This document shows positions 18,254-31,450 of a DNA stretch of 64,000 nucleotides, piece by piece. The position numbers were made by a program, and so were the translations under genes. Where the stretch lies: assembly GCF_009914755.1 (NCBI RefSeq), contig NC_060932.1. One strand, given 5' to 3'. Position 1 is the first letter of the stretch; every line of letters starts with the position of its first letter. This DNA comes from the human T2T-CHM13v2.0 reference genome, Homo sapiens. The notes under the pieces are model-generated. The model did no database searches, was not told the origin of the DNA, and saw nothing but the letters and a program-made list of their open reading frames with translations.

Positions 18254-18696
18254 GGTTTTTCCAAATATAAGATTATATCATCTACATACAAGGATAATTT
18301 TACTTCTTCCTTTCCAATTTGGATGCATTTTATTTCATCCTCTTGTCTGATTGCTCTGGCTAGGGCTTTCAGTGCTATGTTTAATAACAGTGATGAAAGT
18401 GGGCATGCTTGCCATGTTCCAGATTAAGAGGAAAGCCTTTCAGTTTTTCTCCATTCAGTATGATACTAGCCTGTGGGTCTGTCATTTATGGCTTTCATTA
18501 TGTTGAGGTATGTTCCTTCTATACCCAGTTTTTTGAGGGATTTTAAATCATGAAGTGATGTTGAATTTTTGAAATAATTTTTCATCATCAATTGAAATGA
18601 GCATATGGATTTTATCCTTCATTCTGTTGATATGATGTATCACACTGATTGATCTGCATATGTTGAACCATCCTTGCAGTCCTGGGAATAAATCCT
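18254..18696 (-). mobile_element. Older L1 (L1MA-like) ORF2 fragment
   Basis: Antisense RT-region sequence: ACTTCTTCCTTTCCAATTTGGATG, TTCAGTATGATACTAGC, ATGTTGAACCATCCTTGC. Confidence 0.85.
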
Positions 18697-18734
18697 TCTA
18701 TTTGCACTTTAAGGATAAATTTCTATTCTATATA

Positions 18735-19390
18735 GGACCAACTGACTCCCCTAATATTTGGGAAGCTTGGAGCAAAAGAAAAATAGAGACTTACATGGCA
18801 TACATCTAAATATTTAAAGTTATAAGTTAAGCCAATAAACACAAATAAAATGTGTCATACGCTTCTACATTTACAGTTCTTGGAAGCCTCAGAATGCCAC
18901 CCAAAAATGTGGCAGTGTAGGAAAAGCCAGCCCCACATCAAAGTGCACTCAGCTCCTGTCCCTGGCTTTTCCTCCCTTCTTTGCACCTGTCTTTGTTCCA
19001 CACCATGTGGATTCTCATGCCACAGATATGTCTATTCAAACCTACACATCTAAGCTCTGGCTACATCTCCCATTCTGCAACCAGCCACTCCAAAGCCACC
19101 TCTTGTGCCAAGAGATGTACTCATCATTCGTGCAGTTCTCATTTTGGACCATAAATCTTGCCTGAGACCAAACTCAAGGAAAAAGACTCATGCAGATTCT
19201 GCAAGTAAGTTGAACATTGTTTGAGAAAGGCATCCCTTCCCCATTTTCTGGGGCCCCGAATACCCAAAACATGGTCTCGATAAAAAGATGGTGCAAATGT
19301 TGCATAGGCATGTTCCACTGGACCCACAGACTCTCCATATAATGGAGAACATGATGGCAAATGGAGAACCAAAGCAGAGTAAGAACCCTT
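18735..19390 (+). mobile_element. MER45-family (hAT-Tip100) element
   Basis: CTAATATTTG...CATCTAAATATTTAAAGTTATAAG...AAATAAAATGTG resembles MER45B/C; right boundary uncertain. Confidence 0.55.
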
Positions 19391-19556
19391 TTGTGTGAGT
19401 GTAAGGGTAATATTATAGATTAAAATAGTTTACTAATTTTCCAGAGAAACACTCTCATGGGTAACATCCTTAGATTTTTTTGTGTGTCCTTTTTATGTAT
19501 CTTCCCCCAATCAAAGGACCAATGGCAAGTCCAAGACAAGAATATTTAAATTTTAA

Positions 19557-19912
<356 letters not shown>

Positions 19913-20792
19913 TTAGCAACATCCATATAATAAGACACAGACACCACTCTTTTCTAACAGTGTAATTTATTATATTAGAACTTGGAGGTCCCATCACTGT
20001 GCAGCTGCCCTTAAGGAGGTCTGCATGTCGATCCAAAGCATGCACTATGTTTGTTCAATTCTTTTTCACTTTGGATGCAATCTGTCCTACTAGAAAAAGT
20101 AACCATTTACACGAGTTCCTAGCCAGTACTCAACACTAGGAATCCAGATTACTTCAGAGGAATAAGCATTTGTTGATCTGGATAGTGGTACTACATAGGA
20201 GATTTTAAAAGTTGGAAAGAACAACCTATATAGGAAAGACTGGGCTGAACTGGGCAAGTGGAACTCTAACCCCTCATACTGCAGGAAGAGGCAGAAAGGG
20301 AGTTTCTCAGGATTTCCCTGATTTAACAGCCTGCTCAGTGGCTGTTATGTCCACAATTTGTGGGTGATCTGCACAGAAGTGGCACCAGACCTCATTGAAA
20401 AATGAAGTATGCCTATAATGCTTAGTGCTCCTCTCTGTCATGACCCTCTGGCTTCCTTCATTGCTTGCCCTCAGGTGGCTGGGACCCCCATTATAATTTC
20501 ATCTGTCCACTTCCATAGCAGATTTAATCATCACCAGCACCTCAACGACAGATCTGGGGCAGTCTTGCTGTAGCAAAAGATTGCTAATTTCTGAAATCAT
20601 TAAATGTAAGAAATGCAAAGAACTTTAGCTGGTATCTAACCCAAATCCTTCATTTTACAGATGGGCAAGATGAAGCCTAAAAATATAAGTGAAATATGCT
20701 GGATTACATAGCTTGGGACTTGAATCTAGGGAAGAGGAAAGGAAAAGAAACAGAACTAGGTAATTGTAAACTATTAATATTCAATGGGTACT

Positions 20793-21380
20793 CTGATGGT
20801 TAATTTTAGGTGTCTGCTTGACTGGACTAAGAGGGACACAGAAAGCTAGTACAACATTATTTCTAGGTATACCTGTGAGGATGTTTCCAGAAGAGATTGA
20901 CATTTGAATCCGTGGACTGAGTAAGGAAGATCCACCCTCAATGCAGGCAGACACTATCCAATCTGAGGGCCCAGATAGAACAACAGGGCAGAGGAAATGG
21001 GAATTCACTTTCTCCAGGAGGTGGGACACAATTCTTCTCCTGCCCTTGGACATGAGAACTCCAGATTCTTCAGCCTTTGGAGACTCGGACTTGCAACAGT
21101 GCCCCCCGAGGTTCTCAGGTCTTCACTCTTGAACTGAGAGTTACACCAGTGGCTTCCCTAGTTCTGAAGCCTTAAGACTTGGACTGAGCCACCCTATCAG
21201 CCTCCCTGGTTCTCCAGCTTGCAGACAACCTACCGCAAGACTTCTTAGCCTCTATAATCATGTGAGCCAATTTCCCTAATAAATCTACTCTCATCTATCT
21301 ATCTAATCTACCTATCTACCTATTATCTATCTATCTATCTATCTATTTATCTATCTAACATATTGGTTCTGAAGACTGAT
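20793..21380 (+). mobile_element. MLT2 (ERVL, MLT2B-like) solo LTR
   Basis: TGATGGTTAATTTTAGGTGTC...TTTCCAGAAGAGATTGACATTTGAATC...GAGTAAGGAAGATCCACCCTC...CCAATTTCCCTAATAAAT. Confidence 0.88.
21294..21357 (+). repeat. Imperfect (TCTA)n microsatellite inside MLT2
   Basis: Direct reading. Confidence 0.9.
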
Positions 21381-21814
21381 GTGAGAATTAAAAACTGAAA
21401 CTGAGTCAAGTGCCTGGCACATTGTATACATCTGAAAATTTATTTTTAAGTTCCTGCTATGCTACTATCTACCTTAATGACTTTGGGGGATGTTTCTCAA
21501 AATCTTTTGTTGTATCTCAGTTTCATTATTTTGATGATGGAAGTGATAATAATGGCAAGGACCTCAAAGCAAGCTCTATGCTGGACCTAGTTATCATTAA
21601 AGGGCTAAGTTGCAGTGTCAGCTATGGACAAATCATAAAACACAAGGAGACTCGGGACATCTGTGACCTGTCAGGACTCGTGTCTCACATGCTAAACCCC
21701 CATGTCAAACTATGTCTTTATCAGGAATAAGGAGGGCATTGGGGTGCAGATTCCTTAAGCATTAGACATTTTCAATTTCCTTTTATCAGGTACCGTAATA
21801 AGAACATATCTGAT

Positions 21815-21990
21815 ACATATAACGTGCCAGGCACTTGACTCAGTTTCAGTTTTTAATTCTCACATCAGTTTTCTAAAATGAGTATTTCTTAACCCCTTTT
21901 ATAGAAGAGTGAATAGAGGCTCAGATAAGCTAAGTGACTCCTAGATCACAGAGCAAGTGAGGGACAGAGACAGGATTCAAGTCCAAGTTC
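21815..21990 (-). mobile_element. MIR
   Basis: GTGCCAGGCAC...TTTTATAGAAGAGTGAATAGAGGCTCAGATAAGCTAAGTGACT...GGATTCAAGTCC. Confidence 0.75.
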
Positions 21991-22879
21991 TTTCCACCAC
22001 ACCAAGCTGCTTCTTATATTTTATATACCTTTATGTACCCTACAATATAGGTGGTACAAAAGGTGGGCATCTGTTAACAACCTGTTCATTTTAAAATAGC
22101 CTGCAGCAAGGCAGAATGATCATGAAATGGAGAATTTGCTACTCTCTTTCCATTGTTAGTGCCGTGATAAAGCTGGTGGTCATCAGAGTAGTTCTGTTCA
22201 GTTCACAATAATATGAATAACAACTCACTGTTCTAGTTACAAAGCACTTTTATAATCCCAAACTCAAATGCCTGTGACGTCATTGCCATTATTATCATTT
22301 CCATCATCAAAATAATGAAACTGAGATACAACAAAAGATTTTGAGAAACATCTCCCAAAGCCATTAAGGTAGGTAGTAGCATAGTGGTAAAAACAAGTTT
22401 TCTGACTATACGCCTCAAGCTTTTGATGAATCTAAAGTTCTATAAAAATTTGAATGGCCTGTGAATACAGAGTAGTTTCTTACTAATGCAGTCAGTCAAT
22501 ATACATTTATTATTTGGAAAATGGCAGAGAATCACAACTCTTATCTAACTCAACTGTTTCTAAACATTCATAGAAATTTAATCTGTTAATAATTGAGTTC
22601 GGGATGGCTGGGGCACTTAGAAGAATAGACTATTTTAGTGTCACAGGTGAGACAAAGAACAGGCCGAGAAGCTCATGAATCGCTGCATTCCTCTGACTGA
22701 TTACAGAAAAACAAGAAATTCAGTGCTGCTAAAATTGGGCTTCAGAATCATTTTCACAACAACCCATACATCATCCCTGAATTTCCTGAAAGAACATGTT
22801 TAGGTAATGATTGAAGTCAAGTATGATTCTTTCAAAGGTTTTTCCTTTAAGTAATTTTATTAGTAAAATTATGTTTAAA

Positions 22880-23002
22880 ATATATATATAGTATGTATAT
22901 ACACTGTATGTATAGTACATAGTATAGTATATATATACATATACTATATATTTTGTCCCTATATATATACACACACACACCATATATATAGTGTGTGTAT
23001 AT
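22880..23002. repeat. (TA)/(CA)-rich low-complexity tract
   Basis: Direct reading. Confidence 0.85.
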
Positions 23003-23142
23003 TCTGATTCTCACCCATAATGTTTCTATAGATATATCATTTTGGCTTAGATGAAAGCAAGCAAGCAAGCAAAAAGATGAATCACTTCATCTAATTATCT
23101 CCTCCTTAAAATATAACTCTTTAAAGTGCTAATAAGTGCTTC

Positions 23143-23143
<1 letters not shown>

Positions 23144-23172
<29 letters not shown>
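23144..23172 (+). repeat. (TAAA)n microsatellite
   Basis: About 7 units. Confidence 0.9.
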
Positions 23173-23173
<1 letters not shown>

Positions 23174-24826
23174 TAATGGGGGAATAATATTGAAGGAATT
23201 TGTTGTATTTATCTTATTAATGTGGAGTGGTAAAAATTATTTTAGTATACAATAATAGTGTAATAAACTTACAAGACTGGGTCTTTTTTAATACCGGAAC
23301 TTGTATTTCCAAATGAGAGTTTGAAAATAGGGTAGAATATACATATACAAATGAAAAGTGAATGATGTTGTCAGCCCCCTGTACACATTTTTATAATGCT
23401 GCCATTGGTGAAGCTTTTTAACATCTTCTTCTAGAATTACTTTCAAAGTCAGTGGCATGTTCTTTTAAATGAATGGGATGGTGGCAAATGCCCATTCTTT
23501 TGGCAGTCTTTTATTTTTGGAACAATAAAATACTCATTTGTTTCCAAGTCTAGTAATTATTGGGAGTCTATGGAGTTATATTTAGAAGTCAGTACTTCAC
23601 AGTCAAAGAAATCTTAACTTGAGAGTTAAGAAAATGATAAGTCTTAAGATAAAAGCAATTCTAGGCCTGACAGGTATGAATTTTCCCCGTTCAAGGTGTT
23701 TTCGGGTTTGTTTGTTTGGTGGGGTGAGAGTGGTGAAGTATGGAGGAGTGTGTGTATTAGCAGCACATTCTTTCCACAGCCTTCTATTCCAACAGCAAAA
23801 ACTATTTCAACTACATAGATATTTCCTATCTTGATTTCTGTTTTCAGGATTATAGGTTAAAGCATACATATACTTCCCATTCACAATAATAAACTCAGAG
23901 AGGCACCAAATGAATTTTCTGAACCAAAGAGTTTTTCAGTTTACATTTCCTGAGTTCATGCACCTAAAAATGACACAAGTCTCTGGTAAATCTTTCTTAA
24001 GACAAGACCTGTAATATTTTTATGTAATTATGAATACCGTGGTAGCCTAAGCTGAGGAAAAAATAGCATCTTTAGTTATAATTTAATTTCATTTGGAATT
24101 AAATCACCTATTCATCATAATTAGTATTAGTTAGATTATGCTGTATGTTAGAGCCTTTATACATAGACAGAAACTTTTGGTGCGAAATGGTCCTAATGAA
24201 TATAGAGCTTTCTTTTCATCTAAAAAAAAATAGTGATGTTATCCTGGCTTTTGGTTCTGTAAGAAAAGTTACTGGGCTCCAAAATAAGGTTCTTTGTTAA
24301 TGTGAGGATCTTCATTCATTAAGAATAAATTACTATATTACTGACTCTCAGTCCAGGGTAAAACTACTTAGCCTCTCTGTTATTGGTTCATGTAATAATA
24401 GCTCTAGAATATGTTCTTTTCATTCAACAGCATCAACCAATGGACCAACCGTGAAGGTGAATAATCTGAGACATAATTCACAAGGATTTGAAACAAATAA
24501 AAATTTTAATGATAATAAAAATGAATGTAAATATATTAAAAAGCCAAATTTTAAAATAATACTTTCCCTGATTTTAATATACTTCCACCTGCTGAACAAA
24601 TTTTTCTGCTTGATATTTCTTTAATCCAAATTCTATTGTATAAACCTAAGTTGAGTTTATAGTTCATCCAGGAGTCTTAATGGAGCAAAGAGGCAAAAAA
24701 TATCACCAAATTGTTGTTGTTCTATGTCAGCAAAATGACTACCATTGCTATAGATTTGGGTTGCAGAGGGGAAATCTGGCTTATTGATTATTTAGCATTA
24801 CTTCAACTAGTGTTGTGCTGTGGTAG

Positions 24827-25558
24827 TGTTACAGTAGGCAGACAGCTAGAGCTAGACATGACCAGGAGCAAGAGCCCCTGAGAAAAAGGAGGTCTGGATA
24901 ATCTCACACCCCAGAAACCACCCGAAACATGCGTGCAGATATGAGCAAAGAGGAGGGAAAAAAACTATACAGGAAGCAGAGCTCCTTAAGATGCCCAGTA
25001 ATCACTCATTCTACAGTTAAGGTGTCAGAATCTCACTAGGTATATGCTGATAAAGGGGAAGAGCTCAAAGGAGAAAATTTGTCAGAGATTCGCAGGCACA
25101 GTTTAGATTCGACCCGCTAAACAACCTTCCTGGGGGTGGCGGTAATGAGCAACGCAGCCATTAGACAAACTTGAGATCCAACACCGAGCGCACGTATGCG
25201 CACCAACTAATAGTAAGGGAGGGTCCTACAAGCCTGGCGTAGGAACTAGGAGGGGAAAAGTCAGGGATTTAAGACAGGAGCGGGAAAACTAGACAGAGAA
25301 AAAAGGCAGAGATTAAAGAAATAGGAGCTAACTTCAAGAAAAAAAACCAACAGCATCAAAACCCAAGTCTCGGGCTGCTGCTGGCTCACCCTCTTCCGGT
25401 AGCCCGTTCGGCCTTATCTTTCAGTGTACCGTCTATCTATAAACTCTCTGCTCTCGATTTCCCTTCAATAAAGCTCTCTGTTATCTGAATTGTCACTTGG
25501 CCGAAATCTTTCTCCCTGGACAACTAAGAACCGTGGATTCCCTTACTACCTGGTAACA
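24827..25558 (+). mobile_element. MER50-family ERV1 solo LTR
   Basis: TGTT...AACA termini, 732 bp; GAGCCCCTGAGAAAA...TCTCACACCCCAGA...CCTTAAGATGCCCAGTAATCA; AATAAA at 25467-25472. Confidence 0.85.
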
Positions 25559-25659
25559 GAGGCACTTTCACAAGCTACTACTACTAACAGCACATTATTC
25601 GCTATGTGCTATTGACAGCATATTATTCACTTTCACAAGCTACTAACAGCACGCTATTC

Positions 25660-25790
25660 ACTATGTTCAAAATACTTCGTACGTATTAATACATTTAACA
25701 CTCACAACACCCTGTAAGAAAGAACCACTCTTACTCTTCTTTTACAGATGAAGAAATAGAGGTACAGAGTGGTTAAGTAATAGACAAAAA
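25660..25790 (-). mobile_element. MIR
   Basis: TTTTACAGATGAAGAAATAGAGGTACAGAGTGGTTAAGTAA core. Confidence 0.7.
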
Positions 25791-26949
25791 TTACATTTAT
25801 GAAAAGACCAAAATGTTTCATTGAAAAGAAAATCCGTCAGACAAGGACAAAAATGAGCTTTGTTTGCAATAAACAAGACAGAGATACTGGAGATAAGCAT
25901 TCCTTCAGCTGGATCGGGCTGCAGACCCTATGCTCCCTCTAAAATCTTGCAGTGGGTGAAAACAATATGTTTTTTCCAAGCAAGCAAACTTCAGTTTATA
26001 CTGGGAGACTATACAAATGCACATTACATGGAATAAGAACTTGAATGCACAAATACATGTTAACGAACTATATTGTTTAGAGGTCAAAAGAATTAAGTAT
26101 TTAACTGGAATTTTAATTAGAATTCTGGGGAAATAACCATTTTTACTGAAAAGAATTGAATAAATGTATTTATTGAAAACAAAGAAGGGAACTGTTCACC
26201 TTTTGATTAATTTACAACGCAGAACCAAAGTCTTGTGGGCTTTGAATATGCTCATTTATTAAAAGAATTGTTAAGTGCTTCTATTAGATTGCATGTCATT
26301 CATTACACTACGACTTTCAACAATTTACTCAATTTCCAATATTAAGAATAGTTCACTTATTGTGGATAAAACTGGGTTATGAGATTAGAATGTATTTATC
26401 AAGTCTTAAAATTAATCCAAGGTATTCAGTATTAAATGATAACTTGTATTACAAAACTACTTGGAGCAGTACTATGTTGAGCTTTATGGTTCTCTTCAAT
26501 TAATGTTTAGATTTTTTCTTTAGAAATGGTAATGTTAGATTTTGTATAAATAATAGATGTCATAAACATCAACATTATTCATTTTTTATTGGTAGATTAT
26601 TAACTGAAGATCTTTTTAACAAAATTTTAACTTTCAATAAGAATTCGAGAAAGAAGCAGCTCAACTAAAGCTGAAATATTTAGGGGCAGTTTCTTAGAGG
26701 ACAGAGACGGTGAGGTGACAGAATAATGGGCAGTCATCAAGCAAGCATGGGTGAGAAGAGGGAGAAATTCAAGTAACAAAATCATAATTGAAAAACATCA
26801 AGGTAGTTGACGTACGTAGATGCAGTCTAAAAAGACTAACGTTTTCTATGACCAAGTATTTTCTGTAGTCTATCATTTGTCTAAAATTTTGAATTCAAAC
26901 TGCGCTGGTAGCAAGAGCAATTGTATTGTCATATTAGTTTTTCAAATAA

Positions 26950-27137
26950 ATTTTATTGCATATATTTGAGGGTTACAACACGATGTTATGTGATACGTAT
27001 ATGATTATATGTCTATGTATATGGTTACTATAGTGAAGCATCTCACACACTTTTTTGTGTGACAAGAGCAGCTAAAAATCTATTTATTGAACGAAACACT
27101 CTAATACAGTTCTATTAACTATAATCCTCATGTTGTA
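26950..27137 (-). mobile_element. L1MA 3'-end fragment
   Basis: TTTATTGCATATATTTGAGG...TGGTTACTATAGTGAAGCA...TTAACTATAATCCTCATGTTGTA. Confidence 0.7.
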
Positions 27138-27239
27138 TTGTTGCATTATTGATTAAGTTTTTCATTACATTTAGTCTGAGTAAACATCAGGCTGATAATT
27201 TTTATTGTATGTTTTGTGGTTAGTATTTTCATGTGTTAT

Positions 27240-27718
27240 TCACATAAAACATGGTGAATCAAGGAAAACGATAGTGCTATTTTATTCTGCAATTTACTAA
27301 CAGTTCTTTGTGCATTGTCTTTTGTTTGGAATCACACACTTAAGAATGAACTTCAAAAAAAGGAACATATATACTAAGAAAATCTATCAGAATGACAAAA
27401 GGACCCAGAACCATGTTACATATGGAGTACTTGAGAAAAATAGGGAATTGGGGCAAGAGAAAGAAAAAATTTGGGCTGTTATTTGGAAAAGCAAAGAAAA
27501 GGAAGCAATTGGGTGGAAATTAAAGATATAGATTTGGACTCAATTGAAAGAAAGAACTAACAAGAGCTGTTAGGATGAAATGTGATGCCCCAGAAGGCAG
27601 AGCATATTCCATCACTAGAGATGTTTAAGGAAAAATGAGACAAGCCTCTGTCTAGAAAACTCAGAGTGATTTATCTGGATGACTTCTAAAGTCTCTTCAG
27701 CTGCAAAAATCTGAGTCT
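27240..27718 (+). mobile_element. L3/CR1 LINE 3' fragment
   Basis: CCATCACTAGAGATGTTTAAG...CTGGATGACTTCTAAAGTCTCTTCAGCT...ATCTGA resembles the CR1 3' end. Confidence 0.6.
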
Positions 27719-28129
27719 TTCATCCACTCTGAAATTAGACTCTCCTATGAACGAGACTGGTCATGAGCGTCTTTTGCAAAAACAGTAAGGAAACATCATT
27801 CTTCTGATAAGGTATCAATATCTTTCAAAATTGATACCATGAATAGATTAATTATTTAAAATGTTGCTGTAACTCCCTAAATTTATGTTTTATTTAATTC
27901 TTGTTTGTTAAAATCTCAAAAACATTTCAATTCAAAGTTGTTGAATGCTTATTATTTTCCCATATTCATGAGTTCTTTAATAAAATGTTTCCAAACCTTA
28001 AAAGTTTTCCATCCTCTGATAAACAGCCCTAACATATTTCATATGTATGAGGTCCAGAGTGTATATTTAATCCCAAAAAAAGAAATGAGCTACTTTTGGG
28101 AAGTGCCAGTGTTCTTTCAGGCTGCCAGC

Positions 28130-28390
28130 AAAGCATTGATGAAGAGCATGAGGGTTAAGAACACCATCTTTGGCTTTGAACAGATGTGGATTCCCGTCAG
28201 GCTGTGCTGCTGACACAGCTCTGTGAACTTCTGCCAGACAGCCTGCCTGACCGAGCTTTGTTTCTTCATCTGTAAGACATAGATAATATCACTGCCTACT
28301 TTGTAATGTTATTGTATATTAAATACTATAATACACACAAAGCACCTATCATCCTTTCTAACTTACAGTAATCATTCAATACGTGTTAGC
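28130..28390 (+). mobile_element. MIR
   Basis: GGTTAAGAACAC...GGCTTTGAACAGA...TTTCTTCATCTGTAAGA...AAAGCACCTA...CATTCAATA. Confidence 0.75.
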
Positions 28391-29916
28391 TGCTATTTTT
28401 ACTGTTGCTATTACTATTAAAGGTTAAATCAAGAATATAAAATAATTTTTTTACATTTTACAAAGTCCGCAAAAATGTTATCTAGGAGTTCCTTGATATT
28501 CCAGTATTCACCTGGGTAGCAGTTCTGACAATTTGGAAAAAAAAAATCATCTTTTGCTTCGTCTTTATTTTCAATTTTATAACAACTTTTTGGTCTGTGT
28601 AATAAAGAGGCAAATTTTCAACATGAAAAACTTTCAAAATTTATACCATGAATAGAGTTACACCTGACATTATCATAATAAATTTCGAGAAACACATTGT
28701 GCTTAGTACCTATGTGTGACCTAAAAGTTATGCTTACTCTCAGCATGTTACGTAGTGTTTTGTAGTATTTGTCAAAGTATAATTGCCATACACCATGAAT
28801 GTTAATTAAATTAACAAACATTAACAAGGTTATATTTTACTCAATTACTTTCTTAAGCAAAAAGCATTTGTCCAAATTTTCCCTCAGTTTCTAAAAATAG
28901 TATGCATAGCCACATGCTTACATTAATGAATTCATTTTCAGAAGTAGAACAGAAAAAGTTCAAAACTTACCTGTTTTCTCTGATTTTAGCAGAAATATTT
29001 TCCAAAGAACTATAAAAATTTCTAGAAATTAATTTGTCACAAATTGAATATATTAAAATTCTATATTAAGAGCCATCACATATATATATCACATATTATA
29101 TAATGTATGTATTATATATGTGTGTATACATATATATGTCTTCCATCAGCATACCAGTTTGGTATCTACGCTTTCAGCCCTCCCTTTCTTCCTCCCCAAT
29201 CTTAGCATACCATATAAAGAATTTGCCCCAGTTTGATTCAGCCACTTTCTAGAAAGGCTCATTTTATAAACACACATGTAGCCATTTTTCCCTCAAATTC
29301 AGTATATTTTATGAACAAAAGCTTCCTTCTAAAAAGGTGGGAACAGAGAAAGAGGAGATGTTTTACTCCACTAGGTAATAACATCCCTTTCCGACAAATT
29401 AATTAATTAGCCAATCCTAATATTATTGTAAATAGGTACATCAAACAATGTCATGGCTAATTTTTAGACACTAAAATGGAAGAAATGAAAAGGAAGAAGA
29501 GAAGAAAGAGAAGGAGAAAATGTAAAGGAGCAGAGGATGTATTCTATTCCATACAATAAATGAAAAGGAAAATTCAGATGATAACCCAAGGCTAATGACT
29601 TCTGACTTTGCATTTTATTTAATAGTTCATTCACTCTTAATGTAATATGAATATTTTGTACAGAAGTGGCTACAATTTCTAAGTCTTTGATTGAAACCAA
29701 AAGAAGGTCTAAATTGGCTCCTTAAACTTTATGCCATTAGTGTTATTTCTCAACTCAGTAACTGTATTTTCTAATTCAGTGAGTCATAGACGAATATATA
29801 AGAAATATTCATGAAAGACAAAGTACTCAGGCCAAAAAAAAGTGAGTAAAAACTCTAGTGAAATAGTTGTAAAAATCCTAAATGAATTCTGCATACTAAA
29901 AACATTTCAGATTGTC

Positions 29917-29985
29917 AAAGGAAGGAAGGAGGAAGGGAAGGAAGGAAGGAAGAAAGGAAGGCAGGCAAAGAAGAAAGAAAGAAAG
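29917..29985 (+). repeat. (GGAA)/(GAAA) purine-rich simple repeat
   Basis: Direct reading. Confidence 0.85.
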
Positions 29986-30139
29986 GCTGGCTGACTAAGT
30001 GAATAGCATCATTGCTTTCAAGCAAAAATGTAACAAGTATTACAAGAAAATTAAAAACTATTCTTGCGAGTCTCAAGAAGGTTGGTTGGGGTTCAACAGA
30101 TTGCGAAGAAACAAGGAACTCCAAAGCCTTGAAAGTGAC

Positions 30140-30370
30140 AGTAGAGCACAGAGGTTGAGAGCCTGGACCTTGGAGGTACAAAAGCCTGAATGATATTGAG
30201 GGTCCACCACTTTCTAGCCACAAAAATTTATGTAAGTCCTCAGTATCTCTGATCCTTAGTTTCCTCTTCTGTAAAATAAGAATGATAGTACTTGCCTCAT
30301 AGGATTGTGATAATGAATGAAAAATACTTAGTAGAGTATCAGGCTAAGTATCAATTATCAATAAATAAGG
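30140..30370 (+). mobile_element. MIR
   Basis: GGTTGAGAGCCTGGAC...CCTTAGTTTCCTCTTCTGTAAAATAAGAATGATAGTACTTGCCTCATAGGATTGTG. Confidence 0.75.
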
Positions 30371-31284
30371 TCATTAAAACTAAGATCTCTTAAGCAAGAT
30401 AGATGGCCATTTTACCTGCTTATTCAAGGATAACCAAAAGCAGTTCCTGCTTCCACAGAGCTTGACTCCGAGGATTCCGAAGGGGACTCCGTGTTCTGAC
30501 AGTCCATAAAACAAAGCAGAGGAAAAGGCAACAGGTAGAGAAAAAATTGCCTGTAGCACAAAAATGCCTAGTTCCAGCTCTGCATTTTATTAGCATACTG
30601 ACAGAAATTTAAAGTAACCTGGTAATGTAGTTCTTAAAATGGGATTTTTCTCACATAATTTCAACAATACCTTTCAACAGTCAAGTAAACATATACATTT
30701 GGAACCTAGTCTACCACAAAGAGCAGATCAGGAGGGAAAATAGTTTTTCTGTGGTGTCAATCCAAGAAGTCATTAAATTAGGCGATATTAGTAGTTCTTG
30801 AGAAGCGTCATGGACATAAAAATTATCATTTTAGAGACACTTACTTGAATAGTTTCATGCTGTTTTGTCAGAATCAGAAATTAAGTAATTTTTCCAGAAA
30901 ACTGCAAAATAAAATAAATAAGCTCCCGTCATAGTTGATGATGTTGACTGAGGAAAGAGAGGTGCAGCTGTTGATTAGGCACATTGAAATTTAAGAACTT
31001 CGCAAAATATTTTATAAATAAATAAATGTCTCAGATGTATAAGATTGTTTTTTTCAAAAAGTCAATCTTTAGGCCAATCACTTCATCTTTCAGTTTTACT
31101 TTTTGGATTCTATCAAAACTTTAGCCTTACAAATATGGCCTCTAGTAAATATATTTTATTAAATAAACAATAATCTTATAAACTAAGTATTAGAAATATT
31201 AAATTGGTCATGGTAAAATGACAAAGAACTAAGTAACTCAGTCAGAGCCATGCAGGCCCTATGTTGTTAAGGGAAAGAATTAAC

Positions 31285-31450
31285 CATCCTGGGTTTGAAT
31301 GCTGAGGACACCTTTCATTACCTCTAATATCTAACACGTTAAGTTCTCTGAACTTATTTTTATTTGTTGAATGGGGATAAAAACAACTACTTGCAACGTT
31401 GCTGTGAGAATATGCAAAATGCATTCAAAGAGCTGGCACTTGTAGGCCCT
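31285..31450 (+). mobile_element. MIR, degenerate
   Basis: CCTGGGTTTGAATGCTG...CTCTGAAC...AATGGGGATAA...GTTGCTGTGAGAAT. Confidence 0.6.

Noticed and set aside
25563-25666. CRISPR-like repeat-spacer pattern (also 63637-63715)
   Set aside because: Only two copies, no unique spacers, no cas genes, eukaryotic context
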